Positions 9,055 through 14,127 of a stretch of 55,879 nt of DNA are shown one piece after another (the stretch's first letter is position 1; the number at the start of each line of letters is the position of its first letter). The position numbers and the translations under genes were made by a program. A model generated the notes under the pieces. That model worked only from the letters and a program-made list of their open reading frames with translations. It was not told the DNA's origin and did no database searches. Origin of the DNA: a virus (Duplodnaviria > Caudoviricetes); IMG/VR virus record IMGVR_UViG_3300021090_000024, positions 1 through 55,879 of that record, one strand, 5' to 3'.

Positions 9055-9591
9055 GTGAATATGAAGATTGACGATTGGCCAATGGTTGGCTCGGCGGTCT
9101 TTTCGCCGGATAGACGCTATCGCTATACCCTAGAACGCATGTTTACCGCGACGCCGAATAGGTGGTATGAGTATCATGCGATCTTCATTATGCTTAACCC
9201 ATCGACGGCGGATGCAGACGTGGCTGATCCGACCGTCCGGCGCTGTATAACCTATGCGTATGATTGGGAATGCAATGGCGTCACGGTCTTGAACCTCTTT
9301 GCGCTGCGCTCCACCAATCCGCGTCATCTTAAAATTGTCGATGATCCTGTAGGGCCAGGCAACGATGATGCGATCCGAGCTTCATTGGAAGAACTCAAGG
9401 CTGATCGCCCTGAGCCAATTGTAGTGTGTGCCTGGGGTGAGCACGGGGCCTATCGGTATCGAGGCTCCGCCGTCTTGAATATAGTGCGAGAAGCAAACCT
9501 TACGCCTCATTATCTGAAGCTGAATGCTTCGGGACAACCGGCCCATCCGCTCTATCTCCCCAAAAATTTGACGCCCATTCCATATGTGTGA
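9055..9591 (+). CDS. DUF1643 family protein
   Basis: YRYTL, FIMLNPSTAD, DPTVRRC, NLFALRSTNP, CAWG, PAHPLY motifs. Confidence 0.9.
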   Translation: MNMKIDDWPMVGSAVFSPDRRYRYTLERMFTATPNRWYEYHAIFIMLNPSTADADVADPTVRRCITYAYDWECNGVTVLNLFALRSTNPRHLKIVDDPVGPGNDDAIRASLEELKADRPEPIVVCAWGEHGAYRYRGSAVLNIVREANLTPHYLKLNASGQPAHPLYLPKNLTPIPYV

Positions 9592-9597
9592 TATGTT
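9568..9597 (+). promoter_or_regulatory. Sigma70-type promoter for the tRNA array
   Basis: TTGACG-N18-TATGTT with an extended TG, 26 nt before the first tRNA. Confidence 0.55.
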
Positions 9598-9623
9598 TTA
9601 ACCTCATACACGTTTTAATCAGT

Positions 9624-9699
9624 AGCGCGGTAGAGAAGTGGTTATCTCGCTGGCCCCATAAGCCGGAAATCGTGGGTTCAAATCCCACCTGCGCCACCA
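9624..9699 (+). tRNA. tRNA-Met(CAT), initiator-like
   Basis: Cloverleaf; loop CCCATAA; A1:C72 mismatch; CCA end. Confidence 0.85.
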
Positions 9700-9706
9700 A
9701 TGTGCA

Positions 9707-9791
9707 CACCGTCTCTCGCGGCGGTTAAGGGCGAAGTAGCCCAACTTCGGATAGGCGAGCCACCGCTGATCACGGTGATTAGTTTCCGAGG
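9707..9791 (+). ncRNA. Putative pseudoknotted structured RNA (element A)
   Basis: Four stems plus a loop-to-downstream pairing, paired by eye. Confidence 0.5.
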
Positions 9792-9828
9792 CATTATGGC
9801 TGGCCCCTATGTTAGGGGCAGTTGAACG

Positions 9829-9888
9829 GGGCGGTGACAAGAGGTTTGGAACCTCTTCCGGTTTCCGGTTGCAGACGGATAGCCGCCC
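9829..9888 (+). ncRNA. Putative three-way-junction RNA (element B)
   Basis: GGGCGGT/GCCGCCC closing stem with two hairpins. Confidence 0.45.
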
Positions 9889-9968
9889 AATTTTCTAGTA
9901 TGTGGGGCGCGCTGTCGTGTCGTGAGTCATTGGAGGCTCCCTTGATTTCGACTCAAACACGACAATTT

Positions 9969-10042
9969 TCCCCGTTAGTCTAGTGGTAGGACGTGTGGCT
10001 CTGAACCACAAGGGCGGAGTTCGAATCTTTGACGGGGAGCCA
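9969..10042 (+). tRNA. tRNA-Gln(CTG)
   Basis: TGTGG-CTCTGAA-CCACA arm; TTCGAAT; CCA. Confidence 0.95.
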
Positions 10043-10069
10043 GACAAATAAGAGAAAAGGAGGTTCGAC

Positions 10070-10198
10070 GTGGACGGCGATAATCGCAGCGGATGGACGC
10101 CACGCATGGTTTTTTGGAATACCTTGGGCACCGTTGTTGGTGCTGTCTGCGGAACCTCCGCCTTGGTAATTTCTGTTATAGCCCTGCTTCAATCTTAA
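10070..10198 (+). CDS. Small single-TM peptide (42 aa)
   Basis: SD AAGGAGG, GTG start; hydrophobic C-terminal helix. Confidence 0.6.
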   Translation: MDGDNRSGWTPRMVFWNTLGTVVGAVCGTSALVISVIALLQS

Positions 10199-10232
10199 AG
10201 CAGACGCACTTTTACAACTGAATAGTGAGCGC

Positions 10233-10307
10233 CCTGGCGGGGTGTGAAGGATGCATCCCTCCCTGTCAAGGAGGAGGTAGCGGGATCGATACCCGTCGCT
10301 AGGGCCA
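10233..10307 (+). tRNA. tRNA-Asp(GTC)
   Basis: CCTCC-CTGTCAA-GGAGG; T-loop ATCGATA; CCA. Confidence 0.9.
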
Positions 10308-10403
10308 GACGCATATCACGGGAAGGCGATAGCTTTAGGGGCATAAGCCTGGAAAAGCGGGTATCGTCAACGTTGGTAACGGGTTAGGCCAACAGGTTGG
10401 TTC

Positions 10404-10479
10404 GGGGGTGTAGCTCAATTGGGAGAGCAAGTGCCTTGCACGCACTAGGTTGCAGGTTCGAGACCTGTCACTTCCACCA
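10404..10479 (+). tRNA. tRNA-Ala(TGC)
   Basis: AGTGC-CTTGCAC-GCACT; G3:U70; CCA. Confidence 0.95.
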
Positions 10480-10488
10480 AGAAATAAC

Positions 10489-10591
10489 GCATGGTTCCGC
10501 ATTTCGTAAGGATGCGGCGAGGAGTCGGGAAGGTGGGAGATGATGCGCCACCGCAGCAGGGTAGCAAGTAAGTCCCTAGCGCCAACCATGC
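10489..10591 (+). ncRNA. Putative multibranch structured RNA (element E)
   Basis: GCATGGTT/AACCATGC closing stem enclosing three hairpins. Confidence 0.5.
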
Positions 10592-10595
10592 ATGA

Positions 10596-10670
10596 GCGTT
10601 CGTAGCTCAATGGCAGAGCAGGCGGCTCTTAACCGTCAGGTTCAGAGTTCAAATCTCTGCGGACGCACCA
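10596..10670 (+). tRNA. tRNA-Lys(CTT)
   Basis: GGCGG-CTCTTAA-CCGTC; CCA. Confidence 0.95.
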
Positions 10671-10695
10671 AGAAACTTGCGGCTAGAAGGGAACC

Positions 10696-10865
10696 TCCGG
10701 CTAGGTTTGTGGACTTTAAGGGTGCCGGACGAGCGGCTTGTGGAGTGGTTTACACAAGCGAAAAGAGAAGTGCAGGGACAGGTCGGGGATCGGACAGCGG
10801 ACGGTCTGATCGGGTCGGAGGCGCGGGCGCGGTACTAGCGCGAAGGGGCTATCCGACCGGCTGGA
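10696..10865 (+). ncRNA. Putative ~170-nt structured RNA (element F)
   Basis: Terminal stem plus internal 7- and 8-bp hairpins. Confidence 0.5.
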
Positions 10866-10866
10866 T

Positions 10867-10938
10867 GCGAGTGAGTCATGGCGACAAGCTGTGTCTCCAA
10901 AACCAGTGATGTGGGTTCGATTCCTACCACTCGTGCCA
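10867..10938 (+). tRNA. tRNA-Trp(CCA), atypical
   Basis: Loop CTCCAAA; short D-arm; bulged anticodon stem; normal T-arm; CCA. Confidence 0.8.
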
Positions 10939-10949
10939 AAAATAGCTAT

Positions 10950-11024
10950 TCTGAGGTAGCTCAGCGGTAGAGCGGCTGTCTGTTAAACAGTTGGTCGAAG
11001 GTTCGAATCCTTCCCTCAGAGCCA
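10950..11024 (+). tRNA. tRNA-Asn(GTT)
   Basis: GCTGT-CTGTTAA-ACAGT; CCA. Confidence 0.95.
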
Positions 11025-11034
11025 AAAAATTTAC

Positions 11035-11110
11035 GGCTCTCTAGCCCAACGGCAGAGGCAATGGCTTCAAAACCCATCCAGTCTGAGTTCAAATCTCAGG
11101 GGAGCTACCA
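11035..11110 (+). tRNA. tRNA-Leu(CAA), short variable arm
   Basis: ATGGC-TTCAAAA-CCCAT with C31:C39 mismatch; CCA. Confidence 0.8.
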
Positions 11111-11189
11111 AGAAATTTCGGGGCACTTAAAGGGGTCTGCCGCCATACGTGGCACTTATTTTTTTAGAGCAGACCCGCCCCTTTTATAC

Positions 11190-11261
11190 GGCCCTTTCTG
11201 CTAGCGGTTAGGCATCCCGTCTCTCGAATGGGCAACGCCGGTTCGAATCCGGCAAGGGCCA
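11190..11261 (+). tRNA. tRNA-Glu(CTC), no encoded CCA
   Basis: CCCGT-CTCTCGA-ATGGG; GGCCCTT/AAGGGCC acceptor. Confidence 0.9.
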
Positions 11262-11262
11262 C

Positions 11263-11337
11263 GGCCCCTTCTGTTAACGGTTAGGCAGCGTGTCCTTCAA
11301 ACACGTAACGCGGGTTCGACTCCCACAGGGGCCACCA
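11263..11337 (+). tRNA. tRNA-Glu(TTC)
   Basis: CGTGT-CCTTCAA-ACACG (C33); CCA. Confidence 0.9.
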
Positions 11338-11356
11338 GAAAAGAGGAGGAAGCAAA

Positions 11357-11521
11357 ATGAATGACGAATTGTATGATCTCATCGAAACTCTACGAGCACT
11401 ACGTGCAAGGGTGGACGACTTAAATGAACCGGAGATGGACGAGCATCGCGCGGCAGCAATTATGGAATCACTGACCAGTGCCATATCCAGTTTATTGGTA
11501 GCACGTCATCTCGTGAATTAA
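11357..11521 (+). CDS. Small helical protein (54 aa) inside the tRNA array
   Basis: SD GAGGAGG; stop abuts tRNA-Phe. Confidence 0.7.
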   Translation: MNDELYDLIETLRALRARVDDLNEPEMDEHRAAAIMESLTSAISSLLVARHLVN

Positions 11522-11597
11522 GCCGTGGTAGCTCATACGGTAGAGCGCTTGCCTGAAAAGCAAGAGGTAGCTGGATCGTTACCAGCCTGCGGCACCA
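11522..11597 (+). tRNA. tRNA-Phe(GAA)
   Basis: CTTGC-CTGAAAA-GCAAG; T-loop ATCGTTA; CCA. Confidence 0.92.
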
Positions 11598-11609
11598 AAT
11601 AATTATTAT

Positions 11610-11687
11610 GCCGGTGAAGCTCACGTTGGCTTGAGCGCCCGCCTTGTAAGCGGAAGAACGGGGGTTCGATTCCCTCTACCGGCTCCA
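11610..11687 (+). tRNA. tRNA-Thr(TGT)
   Basis: Loop CTTGTAA; CCA. Confidence 0.92.
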
Positions 11688-11688
11688 C

Positions 11689-11765
11689 GCGGGTGTGATG
11701 TTTAATGGCTAGCATGTCTGCCTTCCAAGCAGAACGAGGGGGTTCGAGTCCTCTCATCCGCACCA
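11689..11765 (+). tRNA. tRNA-Gly(TCC)
   Basis: TCTGC-CTTCCAA-GCAGA; CCA. Confidence 0.95.
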
Positions 11766-11804
11766 AGAATGGGCCAATTCACGAAAAGCATGAATTCGTG
11801 AGTA

Positions 11805-11974
11805 GGAACTCTGCGAGGGGCGCAGGAGCGCTTGAAAGTGTGTGGCTGGATCGGAGTGTCGTAAGCACCAGCCTAGCGCAACGGTGAGCGGATACGCTCA
11901 TTAAACGCAAACACGTAGAGGGTTGGGTCGACCCAATGCCGTTGACACTGGCGGGTCGGTGGTAGCAGAGTCCC
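11805..11974 (+). ncRNA. Putative ~170-nt multibranch RNA (element H)
   Basis: GGAACTCTGC/GCAGAGTCCC closing stem plus at least four internal hairpins. Confidence 0.55.
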
Positions 11975-11977
11975 AAT

Positions 11978-12065
11978 GCCAGTGCGCCGGAGATGGGGAG
12001 CCGGAGCGGTCTGTAAAACCGCCGCCCTTCGGGGCTAGTAGGTTCAAATCCTATCGCTGGCACCA
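11978..12065 (+). tRNA. tRNA-Tyr(GTA)
   Basis: GCGGT-CTGTAAA-ACCGC; long variable arm; CCA. Confidence 0.95.
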
Positions 12066-12074
12066 AAAAGTTTC

Positions 12075-12149
12075 GCCCGCTTAGCTCAGCGGAAGAGCAT
12101 GTTCCTTACAAGAACGGGGCCGGAGGTTCGAATCCTTCAGCGGGCACCA
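12075..12149 (+). tRNA. tRNA-Val(TAC)
   Basis: TGTTC-CTTACAA-GAACG; CCA. Confidence 0.95.
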
Positions 12150-12236
12150 AGTCAAAGCGGGTCTTCATCAGGTAGATGCAATGCGCACCCTGAACCAGCA
12201 AACATGATAGTGAAAGTGGAGATAAGAGACTATCTT

Positions 12237-12314
12237 GCCCTTGATGCTCGATTGGACAGAGAAACGGAGTTCTAACCCGTATAAAAGTGGGTTCGAATCC
12301 CACCGAGGGCACCA
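12237..12314 (+). tRNA. tRNA-Arg(TCT)
   Basis: ACGGA-GTTCTAA-CCCGT; CCA. Confidence 0.85.
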
Positions 12315-12315
12315 C

Positions 12316-12400
12316 GCCGGTATGACGGAATAGGCAGACGTAGCGGTCTTAAAAACCGTGGCCTTCGGGCATGTAGGTTCGACCCCTACTATCGGCACCA
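12316..12400 (+). tRNA. tRNA-Leu(TAA)
   Basis: GCGGT-CTTAAAA-ACCGT; long variable arm; CCA. Confidence 0.95.
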
Positions 12401-12413
12401 GAAAATTGAATAC

Positions 12414-12491
12414 GGCTTTCTATCCCAATTGGCAGAGGAGACAGTCTTAGAAACTGCTAATGTCTCGGTTCGAGTCCGAGGAAAGCCACCA
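12414..12491 (+). tRNA. tRNA-Leu(TAG), short variable arm
   Basis: ACAGT-CTTAGAA-ACTGC; CCA. Confidence 0.88.
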
Positions 12492-12497
12492 AGAATT

Positions 12498-12572
12498 AGC
12501 CCTTTAGCTCAGTGGTAGAGCATCGGCCTTATAAGCCGGAGGCCGTTGGTTCGAATCCAACAAGGGCAACCA
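12498..12572 (+). tRNA. tRNA-Ile(TAT)
   Basis: TCGGC-CTTATAA-GCCGG; A1:A72 mismatch; CCA. Confidence 0.88.
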
Positions 12573-12581
12573 GACAACTTT

Positions 12582-12668
12582 GGAGGAGTCGGCATGGGAA
12601 ACGCCAAACTGTCCTGAAAACAGCGGGCCGTAAAAAGCCAGGGGGTTCGAATCCCTCCTCCTCCGCCA
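12582..12668 (+). tRNA. tRNA-Ser(TGA)
   Basis: Loop CCTGAAA (C33); long variable arm; G73; CCA. Confidence 0.9.
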
Positions 12669-12743
12669 GCCCGCTTAGCTCAATGGCAGAGCATCCGCCT
12701 TTTAAGCGGTCGGTTGTAGGTTCGACTCCTACAGCGGGCACCA
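12669..12743 (+). tRNA. tRNA-Lys(TTT)
   Basis: Loop CTTTTAA; CCA. Confidence 0.95.
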
Positions 12744-12750
12744 GAAAATG

Positions 12751-12848
12751 GGAATCCTCAACTCCTGCGTGCAGGGTAGGGGCTACAGTGACTGGTCAGC
12801 ATTGTAGCAATAAGGGATGAGGCAATTCCGGTACGTGGAGAAGCCGGA
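12751..12848 (+). ncRNA. Putative pseudoknotted RNA (element J)
   Basis: GGAAT-CCTCA/TGAGG-ATTCC stem, 9-bp hairpin and long-range pairing. Confidence 0.5.
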
Positions 12849-12854
12849 TAACAC

Positions 12855-12930
12855 GCCCTTTTAGCTCAGCGAACAGAGCAGCGGTCTTCGAAACCGCGTG
12901 TCGGGGGTTTGAATCCCTCAAAGGGCACCA
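12855..12930 (+). tRNA. tRNA-Arg(TCG)
   Basis: GCGGT-CTTCGAA-ACCGC; T-loop TTTGAAT; CCA. Confidence 0.92.
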
Positions 12931-12935
12931 GACAA

Positions 12936-13010
12936 GCCTGCTTAGCTCAGGGGTAGAGCACTGATCTGATACGTCAGTTGTCGGTGGTTCAAATCCATCA
13001 GCAGGCACCA
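12936..13010 (+). tRNA. tRNA-Ile(GAT)
   Basis: CTGAT-CTGATAC-GTCAG; CCA. Confidence 0.95.
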
Positions 13011-13068
13011 ATAAATGATCGTGTTGTCATCTTGACTGTTTTAGTGATTCTGACAACATAAGCATATA

Positions 13069-13143
13069 CGGGGTGTGGGGCAGCGGTAGCCTACTTGATT
13101 TGGAATCAAGATGTCGCTGGTTCGAATCCAGCCACCCCGACCA
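13069..13143 (+). tRNA. tRNA-Pro(TGG)
   Basis: CTTGA-TTTGGAA-TCAAG; CCA. Confidence 0.95.
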
Positions 13144-13195
13144 ATACTTCAAAATCCCTCATACTTGAGGGGCAATGCAGTAACATGTTCACCAA

Positions 13196-13272
13196 CGAGA
13201 GAGTGGTCTAAATGGTTAAGACGATAGATTGTGGCTCTGTAAATGCGAGTTCGAATCTCGCCCTCTCGACCA
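13196..13272 (+). tRNA. tRNA-His(GTG), atypical acceptor stem
   Basis: ATAGA-TTGTGGC-TCTGT; acceptor pairs only with one bulged A; A discriminator. Confidence 0.8.
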
Positions 13273-13679
13273 AAAAATGCACGAAATGTGGCCTCATCAA
13301 ATCGATTGAGGATTTCTTCTTGCGCAGTGATCGGTCTATGACACATCGCCCTGAATGCAAAAAATGCCACGGTGAGCAAACAAAACGTAATCATCGAATG
13401 CGTCCTGGCCGACATTTGAGGCCCCAATACGGTATAACTGAAGAGCAATATCAGACTATGCTCAAAGCACAAAATGGTGTGTGCGCTATTTGTCAACAAA
13501 ATCCAAAAGATCGGCGCCTAGCAGTAGATCACGATCACAGAACTATGCGCGTGAGAGGACTGCTTTGCAATACGTGCAATCGCGCTATTGGTCAGATGGG
13601 AGATGATCCAGTACGGCTTCGACGCGCGGCAGAATATTTAGGAGAGGTGGCAGAGAGGTTGAATGCACCGGATTGCTAA
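13212..13679 (+). CDS. Endonuclease VII-like (beta-beta-alpha-Me) endonuclease
   Basis: YGITEEQY..QNGVCAIC..LAVDHDH..VRGLLCNTCNRAIG..DDP..LRRAAEYL; N-terminal CxxC..CxxC. Confidence 0.9.
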   Translation: MVKTIDCGSVNASSNLALSTKKCTKCGLIKSIEDFFLRSDRSMTHRPECKKCHGEQTKRNHRMRPGRHLRPQYGITEEQYQTMLKAQNGVCAICQQNPKDRRLAVDHDHRTMRVRGLLCNTCNRAIGQMGDDPVRLRRAAEYLGEVAERLNAPDC

Positions 13680-13730
13680 TCCGGCAGGCCCGCAAGGGCC
13701 TCGTGGGTTCGAATCCCACCCTCTCCGCCA
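13641..13730 (+). tRNA. tRNA-Ser(GCT)
   Basis: CCGGA-TTGCTAA-TCCGG; long variable arm; CCA. Confidence 0.95.
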
Positions 13731-13899
13731 AGAATATGTCGGGAAATCAGCACATTGCAGGAATGTCTGAAAATGAGCACAAAAAGCGAACGCAGGGAGG
13801 CCATCCGCCGTAAGCGGCGCGGCCACCGCGTGCATCAAAGCTTCTTGCGCGTAACACGTGCACTGGCTGAGCGTTTTAAGCTACAGAGGAGAAAACAGA

Positions 13900-14127
13900 A
13901 TGTTCAAATACCTGATTAGGCATCTCATGCCATACGCCGTCCGCACTGTCATCATGGCCGGATTGCTTATCGGCGTCCTACACGAGGCGGGGATCGCCAC
14001 TTTGCTCACTTTGGGGTTGATTTTCATGTCTATTGAGGCTCATCGACTGAATCACGGTATTCAAGCGCTTCGCGGCATGGTTTTTGCACCAATTAGGCAA
14101 AATAATCCCCGTTTTCGCATAAAATAG
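13900..14127 (+). CDS. Small membrane protein
   Basis: SD GAGGAG; two hydrophobic segments. Confidence 0.6.
   Translation: MFKYLIRHLMPYAVRTVIMAGLLIGVLHEAGIATLLTLGLIFMSIEAHRLNHGIQALRGMVFAPIRQNNPRFRIK

Noticed and set aside
9700-9760. HDV-like theta ribozyme after tRNA-Met
   Set aside because: No P1 helix starting at the tRNA 3-prime end, and the L3/P1.1 consensus does not fit.
9864-9879. tRNA-Cys(GCA) gene
   Set aside because: 8-nt loop, no T-arm and no CCA; kept only as part of element B.
11035-11337. Possible opal-suppressor (TCA) reading of Leu(CAA) or Glu(TTC), implying genetic code change
   Set aside because: Stem registers centre CAA and TTC, and TGA and TAG terminate conserved genes normally in code 11.
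11770-11974. tmRNA or 6S RNA
   Set aside because: No tRNA-Ala-like ends with T-arm and CCA and no tag frame; the fold is multibranched rather than a rod with a central bubble.
12159-12236. SAM-I riboswitch resemblance (ATC...GCAA...GAT)
   Set aside because: Kink-turn and pseudoknot elements are absent and no CDS follows; left as an unassigned structured spacer.
12820-12852. Twister ribozyme (CCGGT...AAGCCGG resemblance)
   Set aside because: The loop length differs, and the other twister pseudoknot partners are missing.
9619-13011. Many ORF-track calls across the tRNA array
   Set aside because: They are translations of tRNA genes or their antisense (GFEP and WDSNP patterns).
9700-13730. A single GOLLD or ROOL RNA spanning the array
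   Set aside because: No uninterrupted 500-800-nt non-tRNA stretch, and each spacer closes on itself; a cmsearch is still needed to exclude it fully.
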